Shown here piece by piece: positions 63,916 to 64,000 of a DNA stretch of 64,000 bases. The translations under genes were made by a program, and so were the position numbers. The notes beneath the pieces were generated by a model that did not search any database, was not told where the DNA came from, and worked only from the letters and a program-made list of their open reading frames with translations. This DNA is from Phoronis australis (lineage: Eukaryota > Animalia > Phoronida), in assembly GCA_002633005.1 (NCBI GenBank), contig NMRA01000562.1:125807-189806 (forward strand), written 5' to 3'. The number at the start of each line of letters is the position of its first letter. The stretch's first letter is position 1.

Positions 63916-64000
63916 GTTGTAAGTTTGTTGTTTGTTTCATGTCAGTCAGCTATTATCTTTGACTAGTGCAACTAGTAAAGTATTGACTGACTATAACCAT

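Noticed and set aside
9285-64000. Alternative genetic code, selenocysteine or RNA editing as an explanation for stops in the knot genes
   Set aside because: All three stop codons occur alongside frameshifts, Cys substitutions and transposon insertions, which fits neutral decay.

Overview
Repeat-rich, AT-rich eukaryotic DNA, probably from a marine invertebrate (inferred from the Academ/Kolobok/ISL2EU/CR1/SINE repertoire and GT-AG introns). I found no intact conserved protein-coding gene. The main signal is largely invisible in the ORF track. Manual translation through stops and frameshifts shows about 25 candidate copies (a dozen or so convincing) of a compact secreted-protein gene from about 9 kb to the right edge. 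Each copy has a signal or anchor exon, a basic prodomain, a furin-type site and a Spaetzle/neurotrophin-like six-cysteine knot. Every copy is disrupted. In 46.9-64 kb they sit about one per 1.2 kb on both strands. The array is interrupted by Kolobok, ISL2EU, MITE, LINE and SINE insertions, and 1.5-7 kb is a nested transposon pile including an Academ element. All family assignments are by-eye motif recognition without database searches, and pseudogene boundaries are approximate.
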